Assembly: GCA_964016885.1 (NCBI GenBank)
Contig: OZ024741.1
Span: 112,344,001 to 112,408,000, forward strand
Length of the DNA stretch: 64,000 nucleotides
Reading direction: 5' to 3'
Source: Eledone cirrhosa
Lineage: Eukaryota
Shown here piece after piece: positions 1 through 11,870 of this stretch. A model generated the notes under the pieces. The model saw only the letters and a program-made list of their open reading frames with translations, was not told where the DNA came from and did not search any database. The first letter of the stretch is position 1. Each line of letters starts with the position of its first letter. The position numbers were made by a program, and so were the translations under genes.

Positions 1-169
1 CTATGTACTTGAAAGCGAAAGTGGTTGTGCGATTGCTTGATGACAATCGAGAGGTTCTCGCACATGGTTATTCTAGCCACCAAACCACCGTGTGTAACAC
101 TGATATGACTGGAGTTAGCCCTGTGTTTGCAATTAATGAAAATTGTATTTGTCATGCTTTTCATAATTT

Positions 170-455
170 AAGCTGGGTTTTGCTGGCTGGGTACCCTTCC
201 TATAACCAACTACTTCATAATATGGAATGGGTGCATTTTCATGCCACTGGCACAAGAGAGGTTGTCTTACTGGACTTATGAGTCGTGTCCATCCATTATC
301 AGATTTTATTTGGAGTATCCACTCTCCTAGATGAGTAGCCTTCACTACGGCTTACAGAGTCAATGTCTTCCCCATGCAGTTGTTTTTAATTGGAGTCACT
401 GCTCTCCTAGTGAGGTTGCCTTCACTACAGCTTGTGAAATCCACGTCTGCCTTGT
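170..455 (-). mobile_element. Degenerate repeats resembling an RTE 5' UTR
   Basis: Two related blocks (ttggagt...ctctcctag..gag.t.gccttcactac.gctt, ~311 and ~390). Their reverse complement resembles the GGCAAC..CTAGGAGA motif also seen at 38140-38165 and 31540-31560. Confidence 0.35.
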
Positions 456-578
456 GTAGTTGTTTATAGTGTGTATATATATATATATATATTAAAATCA
501 ATAAAAACAGTCATGTGAAACTTTCTCTTATATTTAATTTATACGCCCAGCCTTAACATTGAGTGCCAATGTAGAAAC

Positions 579-657
579 TACCACCAGTAAGCATCAAATT
601 CCTGAAATTAATGACTAAACTATATATATATATATAACTTGATGCTTACTGGTGGTA
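579..657. repeat. 19-bp perfect inverted repeat around a short (TA)n
   Basis: TACCACCAGTAAGCATCAA (579-597) and TTGATGCTTACTGGTGGTA (639-657). Confidence 0.85.
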
Positions 658-756
658 AGCTCTTATTTATTTATTTATCTCTTTATATTTTCCATTCTCT
701 CATTTTCTTACTTTTTTATGTACCCTATCTTATATTCTACTTTTACTTTTTACATC

Positions 757-820
757 TAACCCATGCTAGCGTGGAAAATGGACGTTAAACAAAGATGATG
801 ATGATGATGATGATGATGAT
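757..820 (+). mobile_element. RTE 3'-terminus-only insertion with (GAT)n tail
   Basis: AACCCATGCTAGCGTGGAAAATGGACGTTAAA followed by (GAT)n; matches the LINE 3' end at 49925-49970. Confidence 0.8.
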
Positions 821-1132
821 CTGTAACTTCTCTACCTATTTACCATACATGTATTATTATTGATGTTATTGTTTAGATTATACGCTATTTTATTATTGAT
901 GTTATTGTTTTAATTATATGCTATTTCTCTATATAAGTCTTGCCTCGAGTGAATTATTTTCATATCTACATACTCTGATGTGTTGACCATAGGTGAATAA
1001 TGTATTGGAGATTGAATAACGCAACATCAAGCGATTAGCAAACTCTAGACCCACATGATCAACGAACCAATTGTCAGTACTTTAAATAAAACCCTTATTG
1101 TACAGCCAACCATGTTAATCTTCATTCTTTAA

Positions 1133-1144
<12 letters not shown>

Positions 1145-1198
<54 letters not shown>
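1145..1198. repeat. (TG)n microsatellite
   Basis: Pure TG run flanked by TA repeats. Confidence 0.95.
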
Positions 1199-1209
<11 letters not shown>

Positions 1210-1772
1210 GACAGAACAAAGGAGAGATCCAAAATAACGAATTAATCACTGAGGAAGTCATAGAATGTGTGACAAAAGAGCTTTGACATTAAATAAACAA
1301 CCATCCAGAAATTTGTAATAAATTGAAGTGAATATGAACAGGTGCATGTGTTTTTTATTGGAAGCATGAACCCCCCAAAATAAAACAATATCTACTTCAA
1401 CACACATTTTCAGATAAGAAATCTTGCAAAACGAACACAAAAACGAGGTGTGTGTGTGTATATATATATATATATGTATGTATCTATGTATATATGTATG
1501 TATGTTTGTATGTGTGTATATGAACGTATATGCGTGTGTGTGTGCGTGTGTATCTATATGTGTCTGTATATATACACAAGAGTAAAAGAGTATATGTGTG
1601 TGTGTGTGTGCATGGAATTTTTTGTCCATTGATTTTCATATTCATAAGAATGAAGTGTTTTATATTAGTTTACAGATAATATCCAATCCTGATTGAATAT
1701 GATAACATAGAAAGAGACATTCATCATTTGTAAATAAATCGTGATGTTTCTTATTCGTCACTATGATTATAT

Positions 1773-1958
1773 GGATTGGCAGTATCAGTAGAGGGTCGGA
1801 CGCCATGCTTTCCAGCATAGTTACGTCCTTTACGATCTGAGTTCAAATCCCGCCAAGGTTGACTTTGCCTTTCATCCTTACGGGGTCGATAAAATAAAGT
1901 ACCAGTAATGCACTGGGTAATTGCTGGCCTTGTGCCTAAAGTAGAAACAATTATTATA
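1773..1958 (+). mobile_element. tRNA-derived SINE (family S1)
   Basis: A-box-like TGGCAGTATC.GTAG, B-box GAGTTCAAATCC, central GCCTTTCATCCTTACGGGGTCGATAAAATAAAGTACCAG and ATT tail. Near-identical copies at 3306, 4378, 13489, 44391 and 62731. Confidence 0.85.
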
Positions 1959-2419
1959 ATTCTGTGTAGGTAGCACATTCAAACACACTTCCCTACTAGA
2001 GCCTTCATATAGTTCTAAACTAAATTTGGTGAGAAGCCTTGCATTTCTTTATTTTATAGATAATGTTTTATACACATATGCGTGCACATACATAAATATA
2101 TACAGTATGTATACCTACATATGTACATGTCTACATGTGTGTAGTTATATATGTATGTGTATAATGCATGTCTTGTGTGCAAGGACTGAGAAGACCACAA
2201 ATGAGGTTATTACTCAATGAAGAGCTTGGAGCAACTGATCTCAGACCTCTTTACTGACACTGCTACTCTAATTGCCCACACAGAAAGAGCCTTGTAGTAC
2301 ATCACTTCTTGCTCTGCAGAGGCTGTCTAGCTCTTTGGGCAGGAAGTCAGCTTAAAGATGACGGAGGTACTCCACCAGTCTGTACCTTAAGTGTACTGCC
2401 TGCCCCATATCAATATTGC

Positions 2420-2512
2420 AAAATTGAACTGAAAACAGTGCATCAGTTGACCTACCTGCATTGCACCATCACATCAGATGCTAAAATTGATAGGGAAATC
2501 AGCAACAGATGA
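2420..2512 (+). mobile_element. RTE (BovB-like) RT C-terminal relic
   Basis: ELKTVHQLTYLHCTITSDAKIDREISNR fits the F.YLGS.I...IDxEIxNR segment of RTE RTs. Confidence 0.6.
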
Positions 2513-2849
2513 TGAAACCCTTGCTGCAGAGAACAGTCAGTGATAACTGCTACCTCAGCCATTCCACCTCATGAGATTACTGTCTCAGATGTAATGCTCT
2601 CATCCTAATATGAAGGAAGAAAATGTCAGCCCGCAAGACTGAGGACACCAAATTGCTCAATGGTGAAATGAATTATAATGTATATAATGTATGTATGAAT
2701 GAATCTGTCACTTTTGATGGAGTTGTAGGAGCACTGCAGTGATTTGTCATGACTTAAGCAATTTTTAAACCTGGTAGAAACTATCCTTTGTCCAGGCCTG
2801 AACATGGCTAATTACCTCCAGAGAAGGTGAGAGAAAGAAACACAAATTG

Positions 2850-3005
2850 ATCCCAGCATTGGATTAGTACTTTGTTCATCAATCCCAAAAGGATAAAAGG
2901 CAAAGCACAAAGTTGATTTCTGTAGTATTTGAGCTCAGAGAGCACAGAGACACAGAATAAATACTGAAAATAATTCTATCTGGTGTTCTAGTAATTCTGT
3001 CAACT
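2850..3005 (-). mobile_element. Degenerate S1-type SINE
   Basis: AGGATAAAAGGCAAAG...TTGAGCTCAGA is the reverse complement of the S1 core and B-box. Confidence 0.55.
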
Positions 3006-3305
3006 CACTGTCTGGAATTATAATAGAAGACATTAAATTGAAACATCACTCCTCCAAAGTGAACCAAACAAAATAAAACAAAAACTGATGTCCAACCTTC
3101 ACCAATTGCTCTTTAGTATTATAATAGTTTTAAATGGCTTTCTATGTGTTAAAGTGTCACTGTAAATGACATTACATTTTTATTTTCCTCTTAAATTATG
3201 TACTTAATCGGATCCAATCTGATTATTTCAAGGATCCTTTCAATGGAATAAGATTCTATTTGAAAACATGTATGCATCTTGGGATCTTCTTGAAGACATT
3301 ATTAG

Positions 3306-3492
3306 TGGTTTGGCAGTATCGGTAGAGGGTCGGACGCCATGCTTTGAAGCATAGAGTTACGTCCCTTTATGATCTGAGTTCAAATCCCGCCAAGGTTAAC
3401 TTTGCCTTTCATCCTTACGGGGTCGATAAAATAAAGTACCAGTAATGCACTGGGTAATTGCTGGCCTTGTGTCAAAAGTAGAAACAATTATT
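3306..3492 (+). mobile_element. tRNA-derived SINE (S1)
   Basis: Near-identical to 1773-1958. Confidence 0.85.
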
Positions 3493-3740
3493 AATGATAT
3501 ATGTAAGTATCTATATGTTTTGTGTGAGACTCTCTATTCTCTCTAATGTGGGTCTATATATATATAGTGTATGTATGTGAAAGATAAAAAGGTGGTATAT
3601 ATTTCACACATGGTTATTATGAAATAGAAACAAATCAAAATTTCTGTTCCAATGTGTTTTTTAAATCCCTTTTATTTTATTTCATTACAAAATATCCAAA
3701 TTCATCTGATAGATCTCATTAATTTTTTTATTTAAATTTA

Positions 3741-3742
<2 letters not shown>

Positions 3743-3798
<56 letters not shown>
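3743..3798. repeat. (ATT)n microsatellite
   Basis: Pure ATT run. Confidence 0.95.
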
Positions 3799-4034
3799 CT
3801 TTTAAATAATTAATGCTCATGTCACCAGAATAGAAAGTTACTTTTACTGTCATGAATGAAGCAGATCAATAACAATTTTCAACTTTTTTGTTTTAAAGCA
3901 AGAGTGGTTTTTTTATTAGATTTTAAGCATTCTTTCCTCAACCCACAAAAAAAAAAAAGAAACAAAATTAAATCAACAACAAAATAACATTTACTGAACA
4001 CTTACTGAAAAGACAGAAAATATAAGATAGATAA

Positions 4035-4840
4035 ATGGTGGTGAAAGTTGTAACAGTGGAGGTAATGATGATGATAGTAGGGGGAGAGGTAATTGTGATG
4101 ATGCTTGTAGTGGTAGTGGTAGTGATGGAGGTAATGATGCTTGTAGTGGTGGTTATAGGTAGGTAATCGTGATGATGCTTGTGGTGGAGGTAATGATGAT
4201 GGTGATGGTAGTAGCGGAGGTAATAGTGATGATGGTGATGGTAGTAGTGGAGGTAATGGTGATGATGGTGATGGTAGTAGTGGAGGTAATGGTGATGATA
4301 TTAGTATGGGTATTGTTGGTGGTGGAGGTGATGATGATAATGATGATGATGGTGGTGGTGGTGGCAGTAGTAGAAGTAATTCTTTCTACTTTAGGCACAA
4401 GGCCAGCAATTACCCAGTACATTACTGGTACTTTATTTTATTGACCCCGTAAGGATGAAAGGCGGGATTTGAACTCAGAATGTAAAGGGACGTAACTATG
4501 CTAGAAAGCATGGTGTCCAGCTCTCTACTGATACTGAATGGTGGTGTTATTGGTAGGAGTGGTGGTGGTGAAGGTAATGGTAATGATATTGGTAGAGGTA
4601 ATGGTGATGAAGGTATTGGTGATGGTACTGGGGTAATGGGGATGATGGTGGAGTTAGTGGTGATGGTGGTGGATGTATTTGTGGAGTTAGTAGTGGTGGT
4701 AAAGGTAAAGGTGGGGTTAATGATGGTCATGGTGGAGCTACAGAACATAATGATGGTACTGGTAGTGGTGCTGGTGGTGATGGTGGAACTGATAAGTCTA
4801 ATGGTGGTGGTTGTGGTGAGTGTGGCAATGGTGAGAAGAT
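4035..4840. repeat. Degenerate (GGT/GAT/AGT)n low-complexity tract
   Basis: Triplet-periodic GGT/GAT sequence; source of the spurious M/V-rich and T/I-rich ORFs. Confidence 0.85.
4378..4533 (-). mobile_element. S1 SINE inserted in the GGT/GAT tract
   Basis: Reverse complement of S1 with an internal deletion (GAAAGGC joined to GGGATTTGAACTC). Confidence 0.8.
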
Positions 4841-5185
4841 GAGATAAAAGTAGAAAATATATAAATGAAGAAATAAATGGAACCAATACATTTTCCTGCT
4901 CTTCCTGGCAAAGCAAAACAGCAACAACAATAAATAAAAGCAGCAAAACAAAACTGTCCTCTTTTACTTCTGAACTAAAAGAATAATGAATAAAAGCAAC
5001 AAGAATAATAATAACAAAATAAGCTGTCAGACATCACTTTATGTACACACATACACACACACATGCTTGTAGACACGCATGTATTCATACATGTAAATAT
5101 ACATGCATGCAAATACACGAATCTCCATATAGATATCTCTCTTTCTCTCTCTCTTTTTCTCCCCCCCCCCCTCTGTCTCCCCCCC

Positions 5186-5253
<68 letters not shown>

Positions 5254-5256
<3 letters not shown>

Positions 5257-5300
5257 GGTTGGTAGCAGGGAAAATGGACATTAAATGATGATGATGATGA
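5254..5300 (+). mobile_element. RTE 3'-terminus-only insertion within (TA)n
   Basis: AGCAGGGAAAATGGACATTAAA(TGA)n flanked by TA repeats. Confidence 0.7.
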
Positions 5301-5899
5301 TATATATAGACATTTCTCTTTCTCTCTCTCTATCTATATATTTATGTGTCTTAAATAATGTTGCCATTTCTCAATAAATCTTCTCAAACTTTGACACAGC
5401 GATCCAACTCCATCCCAGAATATTGCATGAATAAATAAAAAACCCTTCGATATCCAGCTGCCTCTGGGGTAAAATTAGTGAATTCAAAAAAGGAGATGGA
5501 GAAAGCATAAAGTTTCTAATGGAGTTAGTGTGGGGCAGTTAAAGAGTAGTAAAATGTCTATTCTAAAATAGAAAACTACAAAATAGAAAAATTCTGTTTT
5601 CTAAAATAGAAAAGCTATCTTTCTCTTTCAATTTTTCTTTATTCTCTCTCAATCTCCCTCCCTTCAGCCCAAACTTCCTCTCTCTGTGTCACTCTATTTC
5701 TCTCTCTCTTTTTCACACACATATATACAGATATATAGATTTATATACACACATTACATGCTGCAATATTGTTGTGTATGCCTACAGTTGTGTATGCACA
5801 TTAGGTATTTATGATTGTCTCTGTTATTGTGTGTGTACTTGCGATCATGTCTCTCTCTCTGAGATACATGCATGTAACTGTGTATGTGTGTGTAGATAT

Positions 5900-6520
5900 T
5901 TGCATCCTCTCAAGGAAGTCTGTGCAGTGCACTCTACATGCAAATGGAGTTCCACTGAAGCAGGTGGAGAAGTTCAAGTATCATGAGGTTGTGTTCACGA
6001 ATGTAGAAGGCTGAATTAAGTGCAAAAATTGCTGGAGCTGGTGCAGTAATGTGCTAGCTTCAGCATTCGGTAATCAGAAGAAGGGAGGTGGGTGTAAAAG
6101 CCACACTATCTATCTTCAATTCATTATTCATACCAACCCTTACCTATGATCATGAATCTTGGGTAATGACCAAAAAAATGCGATCCTGAATCCAAGCAGC
6201 TGAAATGGGCTTCCTCCGAAGTCTTTGGAGTAATGTTAATCGATAGAGTGCATAGTTCAGAGACCAGTGAGTCACTCCTGGTAGAGCCACTACTTCTCTG
6301 AATTGAGAGATCATAGCTCTGATACTATGGGAATGGGGTTAGAATGTCTCAGGAAAGAATTGCTGGGCAGATTTTACGGGCAAAACCAGCCGGCAGGAGA
6401 CTTATTGGTAGATCCTGAGAATGATGATCGGATAACATACATGAACTTGGCTGATCTCATTTGGGGATCCAGTTGGATCAGTTGGAGACAGTGCTTCTGA
6501 CGGGAGTTGCTGGAATGAAT
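5900..6520 (+). mobile_element. Expander/Rex3-like RTE LINE 3' relic
   Basis: Broken frames read LKQVEKFKY.EVVFT, IPTLTYDHESWVMTKKMRS.IQAAEMGFLR. Confidence 0.75.
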
Positions 6521-6599
6521 ATGTGAGCAAAGGCTAGCCTAAGCTTAAATATAAGCACGATTCAATCACCCCCCCCCCCACACACCTCAATGTTTGTGC

Positions 6600-6805
6600 C
6601 ACTAACATTCCTACCCCAACACTCTCCATTGCTGCTATTTACCAAAACGAACTGTACACATGTTGGCTGCAAGCAATGAGTTTGACTGAAGTTACTCTTT
6701 ATCTATCTCTTGCACGCAGCACATGTCTCCACACATTTGCTCTAGCAGATCCACAATATATCTTGGTCTACCTTTCATCATGGTTATGTTGAAAGTAGCA
6801 ACACA
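6600..6805 (-). mobile_element. RTE APE endonuclease N-terminal relic
   Basis: ATFNITMMKGR...DMCCVQE parallels GTINVSTMKGR...DVCCVQE at 46.7 kb. Confidence 0.65.
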
Positions 6806-8328
6806 GAAAATCTGAATATGATTGGAGGAGGGTTTCATTGGTATTTTGTTCTTTACCTGGGCCTGAAAAAAGGAGGCAGGTGTGTGTGATTGCTTATCTT
6901 GAATCAGGGACCCCTTACATAAATTAGATATATTCATATGCATAATCACCTTATTTTGAAATTCACTGCCAGCACTAGCATCTTCCAAACCTGAAAGAAG
7001 GTGAGGCGAATTAACAATGCCACATGCCTATTGACCTTTAGGTTGGGCAGTAGGGGCCAGGCTTACTAGTGTTAGCAACTGTGTACATGCACACTTCTAT
7101 ATACATAGACATACATATGTACATGTCCATGTATACACCCATCCATATCCTCTCAAACAGTATGTCTGCATCCTCCATGTACAGTATCCATGTATACATA
7201 TGTTTATATGCATTTATGTACATCTATGAAAACATAAAATATACACCCATAGGAAAAGTAGTGTCTTTTTAGGTAAGTGTTTACAAATATGTCTTCATGA
7301 TGAAGGCAGATGACTAAGAGTGAACAGAAAGGGTTATAATAAAATATGGAGACAGAAAATACATACATATTTCAACACACAATTAGATAGGGACAGTAAA
7401 TAAATACAAAATATAAGGTAATAACATTTCTAAAAATATACAGATTTATTTTAAGATCTATACTGGGTAGTGTTTTAAGGTAGGTTGTCTTAGCTTGTGA
7501 TACTTGTGGCAATTTATTGACATAATCATATAAAATTAAATGTTATTCAATCCCAATTTACAGCAGTGAGTTGATGTGAGAAATAGTAAATTCTGGGTAC
7601 ACATTTAATGGTTCATCTTTTATAAGCCCAGGGGAGGGGAAAGGGGAAATATCTTGGGGCAGAAGCTACTTTGGGTAGTCAACGAGTGTAAGGAGTTTTG
7701 AGGAGCCTTTTCATCAGTTTTATTAATATGTGCTGAGTTTAAGAGTTAAGATTTAAATTATCATAATATATAAACTTCAGTCATTAGACAGTGGACATAT
7801 CGGACCCAGAATTTATTTCTTCAAGTATAAAATACTTTCAACATATATATATATATATAATAAAATAAAACAGGGATAAGTGGTTACTCCTTCATTACGT
7901 TTATTGGTTAGTGACATGAGTTTTTATTTTATCTATTTATTTAATATTTTATCTATTTATTTAAATAAATAAATAGATAAAATAAAAATGGCGTAGACAT
8001 TACAATACAATACAATAGGGGAAACATGATAATAGTACCACTGATCTTGTTGCAGATGTGCATCAAAAGAACTTTGCTAGACTATATATATATATTTATA
8101 TCTGTATTTTTTACCGTTGATCAGTCAATGAGAAACATTGATGGCCGAATGAATTAACTATGGAGATATAAAAAATGCAGAAGCGAAAACCAACCAAACA
8201 ATGAGTGTGCTCTGTTATTATTTCTAGCAATATTACAACAATATGACCCTCCTCAAGTATAACAATATTTGTTTTGACACACGATTTCATATCAAAAACA
8301 TCGCAAAACAAATATATACATATATATT

Positions 8329-10590
8329 ATCATCATCATCATTTTACGTCCGCTTTTCCCTGCTTGGAACGGGTCCTATTCCCTGCATTGGATGGGTCCT
8401 ATTCAGCACAGCATCTCTCCACTTGTCACGGTCCTTCGTCATCTCCTCGGTGAGTTTCAGCGATCTAAGGTCTGCTCTTACCACCTCCGCCCATGATTTT
8501 TGTGGTCTACCTCTACTGCGTCTTCCCTCCATTGGGATTTCATGGCACTTCTTTACCCAGTGGTTATCCTCCATGTGCATCACATGTCCATACCATCTCA
8601 GCCTTCTCTCTTACACACCACAATGTAATCCTCTTATACCCAGTTCTTTTCTCAACTCGTCTATGCTTGGTTGTTCACGCACATTGACATTGCACATCCA
8701 ACAGAGCATACTTGCTTCATTTCTCTCCAACCGTTGCATATCTTCTGCAGTTGCTGCCCATATCTGACTACAATGCAGCATCACGCATCTCACAGGTATC
8801 ATATAACCGTCCTTTCGTACACAGCGAGAAACCCTTCTTTGTCAACAGAGGAAGCAGCTCCCTAAACTTCTTCCAACCCGTCCTTATTCTAGATACTATG
8901 GCCTCGGAACACCCCCTCTGCCATTCTAATCTGATCCCTTAGGTACCAGAAGCTATCAACCACTTCTATAGAATCCACCTGCATTGGAAAAATGAGTCTA
9001 TCACAGTGATGACTACTGCCAAATTTCCCTGTACATTTACTGCATACGTAGTTTTCTCTACCTGTTAGTTTGCCTGCTAGCCCACTACATCTCTTGTGTA
9101 CCCAAGATCTTCATTGCTACATTTTATGGAATTTCTTTCCTACATATTGAACATGGCCAATTCCTTGATGGAATCAGAGTATTGTCCTCTCTTCTACTTA
9201 TCAACACTTTTGTTTTAGCTATGTTCACTCTCTGGCTTCTTGATTCCAACTGCTGTTTCCATAGCCAGAATTTATTCTCTAGCTCCTCTACTGATTCTGC
9301 TATAAGAACCAGATCATCAGCATAGAGAAGTTCCCATGGGAATCCAGTCTTAAACTCTTCTGTTATGGCTTGGAGGACTATAATGAACAAGAGTGGGCTG
9401 AGGACCGAACCTTGATGTACACCTACTTGTATCTGGAATTCCTCATTAAACTCCATTCCTATTCTCACTTTACTGACAGCACTCCTGTACATAGCTTGCA
9501 CTGTCCTCACAAGCCATTCCTCTACACCTAGTTTCCTTAGGGACCACCAGATGACAGATCGGGGTACCCTATCAAAGGCCTTCTCTAGGTCAACAAAAGC
9601 TAAGTGTAGTAGCTTATTCTTCTCTAAGAACTTCTCTTGTAGTTGTCTCACAAAGAAGAGGGCATCTGTTGTACTTCTCCGAGGCACAAAACCAAACTAC
9701 ATCTCATCTAAATTGACCCTTTCTCTAATCAGTTCTGCCACTTTCATAACCTGATCCATCAGCTTTATGCCCCTATAATTGCTCCTCTCTAGAGCATCCC
9801 CTTTACCTTTGTAGCAATTTATGAGAATAAGTGGGAAACTCCCGTCCAAACCCATGCAAGCGTGGAAGATGGACGTTAAACGATGATGATGATGATGATG
9901 ACTGCTGCACCAGTCTTTGCATATGACACCACCATATATAGCTTGGTTAATGATGCGTGCAACCAGTTTAGTGCCTACTTCTCCTGATGCCTTCAGCATC
10001 TCAGCAACTATCCCCGACGGTCCAGCAGCCTTACCATTCTTCATTTCCTTAATTGCCTCTTGCACCCTATATTCGCCAATCTCAATAGCTGGTCTCTCTG
10101 TCGGGTCTACTGGGGGTAATTCCTCTCTGTCCCATTCATTCTCTACATTCATCAGTCTCTCATAATGACATTTCCAGGCCTCCTTATTTTGATCATTCAT
10201 GACCTAAGTACACTGGCATCATTCCTGACACTTATCTCCAACAACATCCTGATTCGCACTGACACACTACTTTGCAATGCGGAACACCGCACATCTCTGA
10301 TCTTCCCGCCGCAGAACATTGGCATACCTCCTACTCTCAGCCTCCGTGCGTGCTAAATACACCTGACATCTAGCTTCTCTCTTAGAGGCTGTGTATCCGT
10401 CTCTACTCCCACCATTTTCCAAAGCTTTCCATGCCAGTCTTTTGTCTCTAATGACCCTATCTAACGTGCTGTTCCACCACCAGGTCACTCTCTGTCTGGT
10501 TGAAGCTCTGCCCAGCCACAAGTTTCTTCAGTAGCCTGCAGTAAGTTGTCACGCAAGAAATTCCAGTTATCATCTATGTCATACAACTCT
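8329..10590 (-). mobile_element. 5'-truncated RTE LINE (family A), disrupted RT
   Basis: TWWWN, YRGIKLMD, FVDLEKAFDRVP, GVHQGSVLSP and YADD motifs across several frames; ends GGACGTAAAA(TGA)n; TA repeats on both sides. Confidence 0.95.
9828..9900 (+). mobile_element. Family-B RTE 3' end nested antisense inside the family-A LINE
   Basis: GTGGGA..CCCGTCCAAACCCATGCAAGCGTGGAAGATGGACGTTAAAC(GAT)n interrupts DWCSS|IINCYKG; matches the reverse complement of 34897-34972. Confidence 0.85.
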
Positions 10591-10749
10591 AAATATATAT
10601 GTATATATATCTAAATATATATACATATATATATATATGTAAATATATATGTATATATATGTAAATATATATATACATATATATATATATACACATATAT
10701 GTATAGATATATATGTATATCATCATTTATATATATATGTATATATATG

Positions 10750-10814
<65 letters not shown>

Positions 10815-10815
<1 letters not shown>

Positions 10816-11027
10816 ACGAAGGAAATGTGGTGAGGATCCAGATAGACCATAACGCACCAAAGTACTCAATACTTAGGGTAGTAGAGTGGGTAATAGGAAC
10901 GAGTAGGACCCCGACGGCTGAGCTCAAGCCGTTTTGATGGCTAATTCTGGACTAAATGAAAATTTTCATTTAGTCCAGAATTAGCCGTCGAAACGGCTTG
11001 AGCTCAGTCGTCGGGGTCCTACTCGTT

Positions 11028-11032
<5 letters not shown>
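10815..11032. mobile_element. Fold-back element, copy 1 (PLE-like, unclassified)
   Basis: About 78-bp unique leader, then 70-bp inverted arms (10893-10962 and 10963-11032) with 3 mismatches; inside (TA)n. Confidence 0.8.
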
Positions 11033-11093
<61 letters not shown>

Positions 11094-11096
<3 letters not shown>

Positions 11097-11550
11097 TCAT
11101 CATCATCGTTTAACGTCTATCTTCCATGCTAGCATGGGTTTAGACTTGAGGCATGATTGGTTGGGTGATCATGTCTCACTCATATAGGACTGTCTGGCAG
11201 GTTTTCTATGGCTGGATGCCCTTCCTAACACCCCACCACGTTTACAGTGTGGACTGGGAGGTTTTTACCGTGTTACCTACATGGCCACATTACAGCGTGG
11301 ACTGTGTGTTTTTTTGTCGTGACACCTTCACGACCTCATTCATTTTGGACTGGATGTTGTGGTACCAACATAACTTTACAGAGAAAGGGTGGTGGGAGTG
11401 GGAGGGTGGAGTAGGGGTAGTGGGATGGGGATGTATATTTGGTTAAGAAGTGCCTACTGACTGTATGTTTCGCTTTGTACATAGGGAAGGCGGGTCTTCT
11501 GTATTACAGCGTAGCACCAAAGATCTCGGTCCAGTGACATTGACTTAGAT
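11094..11550 (-). mobile_element. RTE family-B 3' UTR and last codons
   Basis: SKSMSLDRDLW.YAVIQKTRL plus a UTR collinear with 34897-35300 and 39180-39560; (GAT)n tail abuts (TA)n. Confidence 0.9.
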
Positions 11551-11556
11551 ATATGT

Positions 11557-11870
11557 ATCATCATCATCATCATCATCATCATTTTACGTCCGCTTTTCCT
11601 GCTTGCAAGGGTGGGACGGGAACTGATTCTGGCTTGATTTCTACAGCTGGATGCCCTTCCTAACACCAACCTCATTTACAGAGAGTGCTGGGTGCTTTTT
11701 TGTCGTGGCACCTCCACGTCCACTTCACAGTGTGGGGTGGGTGCTTTTTTGCCGTTGCACCTCCACGACCACTTTGCAGTGGAATGATAGGGACCCCAGT
11801 CCTTATCATCTCATTTCTACAGCTGAGTAAACTGGAACAATGTGAAATAAAGTGTCTTGCTCAAGGACAC
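11557..11870 (-). mobile_element. 5'-truncated CORE-type SINE with RTE-derived tail
   Basis: On the minus strand: GTCCTTGAGCAAGACACTT core, then GTTGGTGTTAGGAAGGGCATCCAGCTG and the family-A terminus GGACGTAAAA(TGA)n. Confidence 0.8.

Noticed and set aside
4153-4951. Thr/Ile-rich or Met/Val-rich mucin-like ORFs
   Set aside because: Degenerate triplet repeat interrupted by a SINE and open on both strands.
6857-6990. Candidate minus-strand exon (CTTCTTTCAG acceptor, CAG|GTAAAG donor)
   Set aside because: The peptide is unrecognisable, it abuts an RTE relic, and such splice-like motifs are common by chance.
10815-11870. Segmental duplication with 39180-41041
   Set aside because: The same families occur, but order, truncation points and diagnostic bases differ.
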